NCBI GenBank assembly: GCA_030141605.1
Contig: JAQGDQ010000814.1
Coordinates: forward strand, 34,027 to 92,823
Reading direction: 5' to 3'
Origin: Tubiluchus corallicola
Taxonomy: Eukaryota > Animalia > Priapulida
Length of the DNA stretch: 58,797 nucleotides
The notes beneath the pieces were generated by a model, which was given only the letters and a program-made list of their open reading frames with translations, made no database searches and had not been told where the DNA came from. This document shows positions 1 through 9,951 of this stretch, piece after piece. Positions within the stretch are counted from its first letter, which is position 1; every line of letters begins with the position of its first letter. A program made the position numbers and the translations under genes.

Positions 1-1061
1 GTTATAGCTCTATGGAAAGAGGAAGAGCTGGCTACAAGATACAGCACTTCTTTTTTTATTATCTCCACCTACATACTGTGCTTATAATACATGCGTAAAC
101 TGGCTTAGTATGTTACTACGTAATTTGTCGGTCTATTACCAACGTTAAATAGTTAGAAAAATGTAGACAAACACAAACATAGACAAAGAGAAATGTTTGC
201 GCATTCCTGATTATTCTATTTAATAAACAAAATATTTTGTGTATCTTTTGTTAGTTTATATAATACCAATATAAGTATATTTTTAGATGCTTGCTTGTTT
301 ATTTTTGTTTACGTTTTTTCAATCATAAGAATCACACAAATTTATATGTAATATGTAAAATTAGAATCTTTCTACTTTGGTGGAGATCTGCTTCCTACTG
401 AGTACATTCTAGTTTTATGGCCGAAATTATTTGCATCAAGGTAATACATGTGCCATTTTTTTCCATTTGTGTATTTTTACATACATTAATACATATTACA
501 TGATGCAGTTTACCTACATTTCAGTAAACTAAGTTTAACTAACGCAAACACAGCTAAGATGGTTGATATTCTCAATGGGCAGTTCTTCATTGTACACACT
601 AGTCACTAGGGAATCGTGTCGTTCCAATATGTGACTTATTGCCTACTTCTGTAAATGTCTCAGTTACTGCTGAAAATTTTAAATTGTTCAGTTATTTCGT
701 AAAAGACTTAAACATGATGTTTTAACAAGGTTTCTTAAATTCAATAGACACAGTAAGTAGCTTACTCTGTGTGTCCTCCTACAAACCTTAATGAGTGCTA
801 GTTACGTAGTGTGCTAGCATTATGTTGTACTGTATTTTTATTTTTAAATATTATGAAAGCTTTTATGTTTAACAGGTGTGAATAAATTAAACTAAACTAA
901 ATCTTTCCAGAGGGATTAATGGACTCAAAGATTACGCCTAGTGGAAAACCTGCATTTGCGGGAAGTTTTTGTGTTTCTCTGCAGTTTCAGTAAATTTTAT
1001 AAGTTTGCATAAAAATAATATTGAATATCATCACGTTTTTATTTGCATCTGCCTCTAACAT

Positions 1062-1181
1062 ATGGAGGGAGTTAGTGTAAAGTTTGTTAGCCAAAAAATT
1101 AATAAGATCCGATGGAAACCTTCATTTAATCCTTCGTTGCAAGACTCGACAGTTTTCGGGACTGGAAACTGGGATGATTTG
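1062..1181 (+). CDS. NUP43: Nucleoporin Nup43, coding exon 1
   Basis: Translates MEGVSVKFVSQKINKIRWKP...FGTGNWDDL, matching the Nup43 N-terminus (KFVSQKI..RW.P...TG.WD); 120 nt; donor GTGAAC at 1182 (phase 0). Confidence 0.93.
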
Positions 1182-1339
1182 GTGAACCATTTATTGGTGC
1201 TTTAAATTTAAACATGTTATTACATGTACCTTTGATTATTGCTGAGTTTTCGTATTGATATTTTATTGGGATTCCGTTATTTCATTTTCCTTGCGTAAAA
1301 TAAAATCTTGAAAGCTATTTTTACAAAAAAAAGTTCAAC

Positions 1340-1729
1340 TGTGACGGGGACACAAAGAATTTCCTTCATGGCATGGTGTGTCTCAGAAATCTTTATTTCT
1401 GTATATACAAAATGAAAATAATAAATTGACAGCTTCTCACTGCATACAAATGTATAATAAATTGATTATTATAATTTAAGATATTAAATTAAATGTTACT
1501 TACATCGTGCGGCTATAAAACTTAATAGATTCTTAAAAACGTCGTACAGGTTAACGGCAAATCAGGTAGAGACACTATACTTAAACATTATCAAACATTA
1601 CTTAACATTTGCCGAGCCTTGTGTCAGCGTGTTTAGCGAGGCACCCAATTTACCACTTCACAGGTAAAAATCAGGTAAGTTCCATAGGTGCTGCCACCTA
1701 CATGTTAAGGCCAGAAACTGACCTTAACA
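1340..1729 (-). repeat. 3' LTR of the BEL element
   Basis: Direct repeat of 8144..8533; mismatches only at 1375/8179 and 1383/8187. Confidence 0.97.
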
Positions 1730-1740
1730 CACCCCCTTTA
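1730..1740 (-). other. Polypurine tract
   Basis: Minus strand TAAAGGGGGTG directly abuts the 3' LTR start TGTTAAGG. Confidence 0.85.
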
Positions 1741-1782
1741 AATGGGACTTGAGTGCCATTTCCCACTAAAAGAATAACAAAA

Positions 1783-4587
1783 TTAATCTGCTTTTTCAAT
1801 TAAACATAATTTGTGTATAGGCCGGGTTAGAAGCGTACTTTTGGTCTTTATGGTTGCAGAGCGGACGCATCCATCATCACTTGTCTTGACATCTGCAATT
1901 CGCCCAAGTATCCACTGGCTTCGTTGGACATTATCGCTTACCAAAACTATGTCTCCAACTTTCAGATTTTCTTTGCTTCGTAACCATTTTGTTCGCAGTT
2001 GCAACGTTGGCAAGTATTCACGATACCATCTTGTCCAGAATAAGTCTGCCATGTACTGGACTTGGCGCCACTTCTTTTTGTATTGGTCCTTTACTTCGAA
2101 GTTGCCAGGCGGCAGTGCGGGATTTGGTCGAAGCAGCAACAAATGGTTTGGTGTTAGAGCTTCTAAGTCATTTGGATCTTCTGAAACAATGGTAAGGGGC
2201 CGGCTATTTAAAATGGCCTCTACTAGACAGAATAGTGTACTAAGTCTTTCGTCATCCAGTGTTTGCTGTTCCAAGATACTGACTAAAACTTTCCTTACAC
2301 TTCTAATCATGCGCTCAAAGAAGCCCCCAAAATGGCTAGCTGAAGCAGGGTTGAAGATCCATTCTATATTTTTCTGACGTAGAGTGCTTTGAATTTGACT
2401 TTGGTTCCATTCGGTTATAGAATTCTGAAGCTCCTTTTGGGCGCCAACAAAATTTGTACCTTGATCAGACCTGATTAGTCTTGGTGGACCTCTTCGGCTT
2501 ATGAAACGTTGCAGTGCTTGAATGAAAGAGCTGGTTTCGAGGGTGTGTAGAATCTCTAGGTGAACTGCTCTAGTGGTGGTGCAAGTAAAAATGCAGCCAT
2601 ATCGCTTAGCTTTTGCACGCCCTCTGACAACATGAAAGGTTCCGAAGCAGTCTACACCTACAGATTCGAAAGCGTGAGTTCCTTCTACACGATCAGCTGG
2701 CAAATCTGCCATTTTCTGGCTCTCCAGGGGTGCATAGAGACGACGGCCCTTACGACAATCTTTTAATAGTTTCTTTGTAAGTGTCCGTCCTCGAATAATC
2801 CAGTAAGCAGAGCGAACTAACGAGAGCACATGTTCTCTTCCAATGTGACCATTGGTTTCATGGTAATGACGGATTATTAAGGTTGAAACATGATGCTCTT
2901 TAGGAAGTACTGCAGGATGTTTGGCAGCTTCAGGTAGCGCTGCATTTCTAAGTCGCCCTCCAACAACAATGAGGTTGTCCTTGGACAGGACAGGATTTAA
3001 CTTTGCTATCGTGCTCGATTTGGAGACAGCTTGTCCTGCAGATAAGGTTTTGTATTCCTGAGTAAAGTGTTGGCGTTGGATATAGCCGAGAATCGCCTTT
3101 TCCGCTTGCTCCAACTCTGAAACAGATATCTCTGTATTATAGCATTGAGAGGATGGGATCTTTGCGATTTTGTTCTTCAAAATGGCTTTCACTCGCAAAA
3201 ACCACGTGACTGCTTTTTTAAGTTTGTAGAAGCTACTATAATATTCCATAAGCTTGTCAGTAGCTTCTGACTTCGAAGGGTTAGCTTCACACAATAAGAC
3301 TTTAACACTTTGCTTTATCTCATTGTCGTGACTATCCACTGTGCGCAGAACTGTTTGAACTGGCCATTCTGGTTCAGGTTTGTATAGAAATTCTGGGCCA
3401 TGCAGCCATCTGACATTCGTGATTAAATCTCTTGCAGACAAACCTCGCGATGCATCATTTGCTGGATTTTCATCTCCAGAGACATGCCTCCATTGGCTGG
3501 GAACTGTTAAGCCGTGTATGGTAGCTAACCGGTTAGCCACAAAGGTTTTGTACCTGGCCCTTTCATTGTTGATATAGCCAAGAACAATTGTGCTGTCAAC
3601 CCAAAATGTAGAAGTACCTATAGGAATGCTTAATTCCTTCCGTGCCATAGAATCAACTTTTACTGCAAGCACAGCAGCTGACAGTTCGAGGCGTGGCAAA
3701 GTGACTTTCTTAAAGGGGGTCAGTCTTGTTTTACTCACCACAAATGAACAGACGATATCTCCTGCAGCATTTGCTGATCTAAGATATGATACAGTTCCAA
3801 GGGCTCTTTCGGATGCATCTGAGAAATGATGAAGCTGGTATGAAACAGCTTCAAAGTTTGGTGGTGTAAAACACCGACTCAGGTGCACATCTTTGATTAG
3901 GTCAAGTTCTTCTAACCATCTTTTCCATTGTTGTTTCACATGATCCTCCAAAGGTTCATCCCAGGATTTCTTCAATCGTGTTTCTTCCTGAAACAGTAAC
4001 TTCGCTTGCAGGACATAGGGACTTATTATTCCCATAGGATCATATGATGAAGCCATTACACTCAAAAGACCACGGCGTGTCATCGGTGTTTCTTTTTTCC
4101 TAACAAGAATACTAAAATGGTCTGCTTCCATGTTCCATGCAATGCCAAGAACCCGATCAACAGGCAAGGATGAGTTATCTAAATCAATTTCCTTCACTGA
4201 TTTCCCTCTTTCTTCTGCAGGGATAGAGTTGAGAACTTCTCGGTCATTGCTGCACCATTTTGTTAAATGGAAGCCACCATGGTGAAGTAAACTGGTAAGG
4301 TCTTCTATCATTGCAATACCTTCCTGAGTTGTTGAAAGAGACTTAAGAAGATCGTCTACATAGAAATTGCTTATAACTGTTTGTACCACGGTGCTGTTGT
4401 ACAAAGCTCTGTTGTCCATGGCTGTTTTCTGGAGTGCATATGATGCAATACTTGGGCACCATATTCCGCCAAAAATATGGACTGTCATCCTGTATATTTT
4501 AGGTTTTAGTTCTATATTGCCTCCAGGCCACCAAAGGAAACGGAGTACATCTCTGTCAGCAGGAGTGACTCTCACCTGGTAAAACAT
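1783..4587 (-). CDS. BEL polyprotein, C-terminal half: RT, RNase H, integrase
   Basis: FYVDD RT motif; HHFSDASE and LPRLELSAA RNase H; GVDCFG / SDQGTNF / FFERMI DDE triad; BEL-type C-terminus ...RPIHKLCL. Confidence 0.95.
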   Translation of the reverse strand: MFYQVRVTPADRDVLRFLWWPGGNIELKPKIYRMTVHIFGGIWCPSIASYALQKTAMDNRALYNSTVVQTVISNFYVDDLLKSLSTTQEGIAMIEDLTSLLHHGGFHLTKWCSNDREVLNSIPAEERGKSVKEIDLDNSSLPVDRVLGIAWNMEADHFSILVRKKETPMTRRGLLSVMASSYDPMGIISPYVLQAKLLFQEETRLKKSWDEPLEDHVKQQWKRWLEELDLIKDVHLSRCFTPPNFEAVSYQLHHFSDASERALGTVSYLRSANAAGDIVCSFVVSKTRLTPFKKVTLPRLELSAAVLAVKVDSMARKELSIPIGTSTFWVDSTIVLGYINNERARYKTFVANRLATIHGLTVPSQWRHVSGDENPANDASRGLSARDLITNVRWLHGPEFLYKPEPEWPVQTVLRTVDSHDNEIKQSVKVLLCEANPSKSEATDKLMEYYSSFYKLKKAVTWFLRVKAILKNKIAKIPSSQCYNTEISVSELEQAEKAILGYIQRQHFTQEYKTLSAGQAVSKSSTIAKLNPVLSKDNLIVVGGRLRNAALPEAAKHPAVLPKEHHVSTLIIRHYHETNGHIGREHVLSLVRSAYWIIRGRTLTKKLLKDCRKGRRLYAPLESQKMADLPADRVEGTHAFESVGVDCFGTFHVVRGRAKAKRYGCIFTCTTTRAVHLEILHTLETSSFIQALQRFISRRGPPRLIRSDQGTNFVGAQKELQNSITEWNQSQIQSTLRQKNIEWIFNPASASHFGGFFERMIRSVRKVLVSILEQQTLDDERLSTLFCLVEAILNSRPLTIVSEDPNDLEALTPNHLLLLRPNPALPPGNFEVKDQYKKKWRQVQYMADLFWTRWYREYLPTLQLRTKWLRSKENLKVGDIVLVSDNVQRSQWILGRIADVKTSDDGCVRSATIKTKSTLLTRPIHKLCLIEKAD

Positions 4588-4658
4588 ACTCTCGATGTCA
4601 GCAGCGATTGCTATTTTACCTTCTCTAAATCTGAGCAGGACGCCAAGGAGCTTGTTGG

Positions 4659-7499
4659 TTAGATCATTAGATCAGGTCCTTGCATTACAATTTTGTTTAA
4701 TGTTGTGCCAGCAAAGCTCACAGCGCAATCAAATACTACTCTTGTTTTCTCTGGCTTGCTCTCACTTTTAACATTAAAGTGTGGCAAATACCACACCTTG
4801 CCATCAGTGGTTGCAGCTTCCTCATTTACGGGTTCAGCATATCCTTTTTCGAGCAAGTCACTAATCTCTTTAGAGTATTTGTTGTGAAGGACCTCATCTT
4901 GTTTAAACTTCTTCTTCAAACCTTCAAGTCTCTTCTCTGCTACAGCTTTATTATTTGGCAAATCGGGAGATTCGCTTCTAAATGGGATATCCATCATATA
5001 GTGGTGGTCTTCAGTCAGTGTTGCGGATCTTTCCCAGATGTTAACAGTTCTTACATCCTCGACAGAAGGTTTATGGCTGTTATCTTCACAAGATTCTAGC
5101 TGCCAGAATCGCTCTACTTGTTGCTCCAGTGTTACAGGCTGCAAAATGCTAAGGTTACAACTGATATGCTCGGCTTCAGTTGGTCCAAGTGGTCCATTTA
5201 GGGTCCAACCCAAGACACTGAGCGATGCCCAAGGAGCATGTTTAGGTCCTTTTCTTATTTCAATTGGAGCGAGAGCTTCAGGCACATCTTGCCCTATGAG
5301 AAGGCCAAGTTCCAGAGACTGAGATCTGTCCTGGGCAACATAGACGTCAATGCCTTGTAAGTGTGGCCAAGAGCTCAAGTTCTCATAAACAGGTAAATGC
5401 TCCATCTCTAACATAAGGGATAGTCTTGTAAAGACAAGAGGGAGATCTATGGTGACATTGTAGTTTGGATCAGACACTTGTAGTTTAGTGACTTTACTCT
5501 TCTTCTGGCTCTGTTTAGCATCAAGCGTTGTCAAAATTAATGTTTCTTCTCTGCCCTGAGCACCTAACTTTTCATATATTTGGCTAGAGCAGAATGTATT
5601 TGTCGAACCAGGGTCAAGAAGTGCTAGTGTCTTTAATGGTTTACCACCTGGTATGTTAACAAATACTGGCAAGATAGGCAAAGCTACATTGCACTTAGAA
5701 GGCTCATGCGTCTTCTTTATGTAACCACTTTGGCAATTGTGCTCACTATCTTCTTCTTTTAGTTTCTCGTTATCTTCTTCATTATTCTTCTTTTCTTTTT
5801 CTTCTCCACTATACGGCCTGCTGTTGGGTTTGTGTGTAGCAGCAGCAGTGCTAATATTTCCTCGCACATTCTGAGCATGCAAGAAAGTGGCATGTTTTCT
5901 CTTGCAAACATCACAGCGATTGGCTGACCTACATGATGCACTACTGTGGTTAGGCTTCAGGCAATTAAAACATAGTTTGTGTTGCTTGGCTACCTCTAGC
6001 CTTCCAGGTACAGTTAGCCTCTTGAACTTGAAGCATTTCTGAAGCCGATGTGCTTCAGAACACAGGGTACATGAAAGTGAAGTCTTCTCTTCAGATTTGT
6101 CAGGTTCACGTGTATGTGAACTAGCAAATGTTCCAGAACTAGCAAAAATGTTTACAGAATTAGACTTTGGTTTAGGCTTATAGGTGTCCTTCCTCTCGGA
6201 TGGTTTCCTATGAAACGTGGGATCATTTTCAATCTGTGCCTGTCTTTCTATGAAAGTGACAACATCAAAGATGTCTGGAATTCTCCCAGAAGATTTAATA
6301 TTATGAACTTCTTTCCTCCAGTGAGAATGAATGCCAATGGGCAATTTGTCCACGATTTGTACGAGATTTCCTTGAGCATTAATCTCGGACAAATAACCTA
6401 AACTTGACAGAGTTTCATAACAAGCACGCAACAAGTCTGCATATTCCTGTAATGTCTGATATTCCGCAGCCTTAATGGGTTTGAAATCCGAAATCTGTTT
6501 GATCCATGCTTGAGTGATATTAAATTCATTTCCAAACCGCTCCTTTAGCATGCGCTTTGCTTTTGTGTAACCTACAACTGGGTCCATTGTCACACAGCAG
6601 TCAATATAACGTTTTACTTTGTCACTGCAAAACTGAAGAAGGAGTGTTAATCTGGCAACGTTGTCAGTTGTGTAATTCTCAACCGTTGTTTCAAACTGTT
6701 TAATGAAGCGACAATACTGCAACGGGCTGCCATCGAATTTCTCTATCTCGATACCAGGCAATGGACAACCATAAAACTGGTAAGGGGGTTGTACTGCTGG
6801 CAGAGGACTCCCTTTGATTTCAGGTTGCTTGACACGTAAAGGTGCCTGAAAGGAACTGCTTCCTGGTTGCTCTGGCTGAAAGGCACTGCTTCCTGGTTGC
6901 TCTGCCTGCAAGGAACTGCATCCTGGTTGCTCTTGGCAATAATTTGCTACCCAGTCTCTTGTTTGCTCTCTTTTGTCAACAAAGGAAACGACCTCGGAAG
7001 AACGTGGACTACCGGCTTCAAACTGAGCAAAGACAGTTGCCTCAGCGTCTGCTTGCTTAATTTCAGTAGCTATCTTCAACTGTTCTTGTTGCAAAACTAA
7101 CTTTTGCTTTTCTTGTTCGAGCTGCATTTCATTTAACTGCAATTTTGCCTTTTCTGCAAGTGCTTGTTGCTTAATCATAAGAGCAGCCTTTTTCGCTTCA
7201 GCTGACATTCTTTGTGCTGTTGCCGAAACAGTGATTGATTTTGAACTACGTGAATGAGGAGACTTGTGACTTTTGTGCGTTCTGTGGCTTCTTAGCTCGC
7301 GTAAGTTTTCCTCTTTGTCCCCACTGTCAGGTATAGCGGCAGGTGTTAGCTGCGTTTCATCATCAGTTGAGCTGGAAGCTGCGCCTTCGCACTGCAACAG
7401 CCTATCAATTAATTCCTGCTTCCGACCGCTAACAGGTAAACATTTGTCCTTAAGCATTCGCTGTAACTGAGGGACAGTTTTCTTACCTAAATCAGACAT
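4659..7499 (-). CDS. BEL polyprotein, N-terminal half: SAP domain, Gag with three Zn knuckles, aspartic protease, start of RT; ended by a frameshift
   Basis: CTLCSEAHRLQKC / CFNCLKPNHSSASC / CDVCKRKHATFLH knuckles; LLDPGS protease; WYLPH...RVVFD...QGPDL RT start. Confidence 0.93.
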   Translation of the reverse strand: MSDLGKKTVPQLQRMLKDKCLPVSGRKQELIDRLLQCEGAASSSTDDETQLTPAAIPDSGDKEENLRELRSHRTHKSHKSPHSRSSKSITVSATAQRMSAEAKKAALMIKQQALAEKAKLQLNEMQLEQEKQKLVLQQEQLKIATEIKQADAEATVFAQFEAGSPRSSEVVSFVDKREQTRDWVANYCQEQPGCSSLQAEQPGSSAFQPEQPGSSSFQAPLRVKQPEIKGSPLPAVQPPYQFYGCPLPGIEIEKFDGSPLQYCRFIKQFETTVENYTTDNVARLTLLLQFCSDKVKRYIDCCVTMDPVVGYTKAKRMLKERFGNEFNITQAWIKQISDFKPIKAAEYQTLQEYADLLRACYETLSSLGYLSEINAQGNLVQIVDKLPIGIHSHWRKEVHNIKSSGRIPDIFDVVTFIERQAQIENDPTFHRKPSERKDTYKPKPKSNSVNIFASSGTFASSHTREPDKSEEKTSLSCTLCSEAHRLQKCFKFKRLTVPGRLEVAKQHKLCFNCLKPNHSSASCRSANRCDVCKRKHATFLHAQNVRGNISTAAATHKPNSRPYSGEEKEKKNNEEDNEKLKEEDSEHNCQSGYIKKTHEPSKCNVALPILPVFVNIPGGKPLKTLALLDPGSTNTFCSSQIYEKLGAQGREETLILTTLDAKQSQKKSKVTKLQVSDPNYNVTIDLPLVFTRLSLMLEMEHLPVYENLSSWPHLQGIDVYVAQDRSQSLELGLLIGQDVPEALAPIEIRKGPKHAPWASLSVLGWTLNGPLGPTEAEHISCNLSILQPVTLEQQVERFWQLESCEDNSHKPSVEDVRTVNIWERSATLTEDHHYMMDIPFRSESPDLPNNKAVAEKRLEGLKKKFKQDEVLHNKYSKEISDLLEKGYAEPVNEEAATTDGKVWYLPHFNVKSESKPEKTRVVFDCAVSFAGTTLNKIVMQGPDLMI
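6843..6933 (-). repeat. In-frame 3 x 30-bp tandem repeat in gag
   Basis: Encodes EQPGCSSLQA / EQPGSSAFQP / EQPGSSSFQA. Confidence 0.9.
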
Positions 7500-8143
7500 G
7501 CTTCAAAATACAGCAAAGTACAATTCCGAAAAATAATACAAGTAGCTAAGTAGATAAACTAGTGAAATAGGCATAAAAATCCATGTAGTCAAATAGTAAC
7601 GATAACATATGGTCTAATTCTTTATGCACCGCACAGTACTACTAGTATTTAGGCAATTAGGTAAACTGTACAACAAATCAAAGCATTATCTGACAGTGTA
7701 GAAATTCACGTTATTCTCTACACTAACATGTGGAAATAATACCAAGTCGAAAATAAAATGTAATCTTAATTGGTATGGCTGTGAATATTTCAAAACTTCA
7801 ATACTATTAAATACTTCAATACTTCAGTACTAAACAGCCCAAGCGAATCTTACAAGTCTTAATGGCTTAATAACTTTATGCGCAAAATTAACGCAATAAT
7901 TTTATGCAGTAGGTTAGTATTTCAGGTCAGTTCACCATACTGATACAGTTCTTAGCAATAGGCAATTCACATAATACAGGCCTGAGAAGCGTAGACGCAT
8001 TTCCTGTCCTACTTCCGGCATGCAGTTATACACCTGTGCTGTAGGCTTCCTGACCTTGATCAACTTGGGCGGCTCGATGGCATGAAACCTCAGGTGGTTA
8101 TGGCTGACGTTGAATTATCTCCAATATAGCCTTGATAAATAAA

Positions 8144-8533
8144 TGTGACGGGGACACAAAGAATTTCCTTCATGGCATAGTGTGTCGCAGAAATCTTTAT
8201 TTCTGTATATACAAAATGAAAATAATAAATTGACAGCTTCTCACTGCATACAAATGTATAATAAATTGATTATTATAATTTAAGATATTAAATTAAATGT
8301 TACTTACATCGTGCGGCTATAAAACTTAATAGATTCTTAAAAACGTCGTACAGGTTAACGGCAAATCAGGTAGAGACACTATACTTAAACATTATCAAAC
8401 ATTACTTAACATTTGCCGAGCCTTGTGTCAGCGTGTTTAGCGAGGCACCCAATTTACCACTTCACAGGTAAAAATCAGGTAAGTTCCATAGGTGCTGCCA
8501 CCTACATGTTAAGGCCAGAAACTGACCTTAACA
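8144..8533 (-). repeat. 5' LTR of the BEL element
   Basis: 390 bp, 388/390 identical to 1340..1729; minus-strand AATAAA near the U5 end. Confidence 0.97.
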
Positions 8534-8804
8534 TCAACTATTCAGGCTTTCATTATGGATGTCTCCATGGCAATCTGCAATGACGTCAAATTTTCAATTT
8601 ATTATGGTATTTTACTGCAGCCATTTCTTCAAAAATATAATAAGAAGTAACTAAGAAGTGTAGATTTCGCAGTAAATCCCATTGGTCTCATTAGTTGGTC
8701 TCTAGACTGATAATCTCATAAGTTTCAAGTCGAGAAATTGCAGGCTCTACACTGATCAGTATTCTATGCTTCATTGATACACTTAATATGCTTGTCATTT
8801 TTAG

Positions 8805-8921
8805 AGTCACAAACTAAGCATCTGGACAATTGATGATGGATTCTGTGGTAGTGGAGAAGTATTGGAGGAGCCACGCTTGCTTTGTGATGTGGACCATGTT
8901 GGGGATGTGACCGATCTACTA
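8805..8921 (+). CDS. NUP43: Nup43 coding exon 2
   Basis: tttttag acceptor; SHKLSIWTID...LLCDVDHVGDVTDLL (cf. human LLCDIRHHGDVMDLQ); donor gtaata. Confidence 0.92.
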
Positions 8922-9873
8922 GTAATAACTTGTTACGCTTTATTATGTTCTTTTGTTTGTATCTTAAGCTTTAGCAATTTTCTGGTTTGTAGTGCATTTA
9001 AAATCAAGCAAAAGAAGTTTGCTTAATTTGAACTCTTACAATTTTTAAATTGATAAATTATGCAGGGATAAATGAGCATGCAGTGAACAGAGTTACTGTA
9101 ATCAAGACATCAATTTCACATTCCTCACTAGTCAGTAACGTTGCATCTCTATAATTTAGATGATTGTTTGGCATAAACTGTAAAGCTTTTCTTCTGACTG
9201 AGTATGTTTGTAAATGTAGTCGCCCGTACTTGCAGTACAACTACTTATCTGTACTAGATATAACTACACCTAGATTAAAATGCTTCATGCTTATGGGAAA
9301 AAAATTGTTAGACATGAGGCAAACATTGATCGCTTTTCTTTTTTGCCCTTGTACTGCTGTTCAATGCTTGGCTTGCATCAGTGTTTGGCACACAAAGCAA
9401 ACGACTTCTATTTGAACAAATACATGGAACAAACTTAATTTTAATTACTTGTAAATTTTATGCAGAAACAAAAAAACAAAAATTTGAAAAACAATGAAAA
9501 CACAGTGCTTTAAACAGATAAATATTATCAAAATTGTAATATTTTTTCTACCATTACTGCTATTTGGTAGCCTCCTTGAATTAATCTAAATAATTGGGGA
9601 AATGTGTTCCTGCATTTTAAAGCCAGGTAGTAATGCATCTAGAGATTCGATATTTAGGATTGCAATCATGTGCGGCAATTGCACATACATACATTGCACA
9701 TCGTAAAAACATACATATGAAGACTGCTATGAATGAATGCTAATTGTTTGTGTTCAAAATTTTACATGTAAATTAATTAAGTGCTAGCAAAGGCACCGCA
9801 AAAAAATTTGCATATAAATTCACGTATAATCAACAATGGTATTACGAAATATTCATTACGAAATAATTTGCAG

Positions 9874-9951
9874 TTCTTGGCAAATGACGTGATTCTTACA
9901 TCTTCGTCCTTTGGAAATGTGACACTTCATAAACATCATACCAAATCTCAG
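9874..9951 (+). CDS. NUP43: Nup43 coding exon 3
   Basis: ttgcag acceptor; FLANDVILTSSSFGNVTLHKHHTKSQ (78 nt); donor gtacca. Confidence 0.88.

Larger units (their letters stand above)
1340..8533 (-). mobile_element. Full-length BEL/Pao LTR retrotransposon, antisense in NUP43 intron 1
   Basis: Two 390-bp TG...CA LTRs; 5-bp TSD TCAAC at 1335-1339 and 8534-8538; PPT next to the 3' LTR; gag-PR-RT-RH-IN order with BEL-type motifs. Confidence 0.97.

Noticed and set aside
4587-4680. Programmed ribosomal frameshift between the two BEL ORFs
   Set aside because: The break falls inside RT, there is no slippery heptamer, and an 8-bp duplication explains it fully
7354-7367. Hammerhead-like CTGATGA..GAAAC on the minus strand
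   Set aside because: Within gag codons (TDDET) with no stem II; other CTGANGA hits (about 24350, 31816) also lack the hammerhead fold
1811-7470. Plus-strand ORFs inside the BEL element (e.g. 1811..2377, 188 aa)
   Set aside because: Antisense shadows of the polyprotein frame; no recognisable motifs
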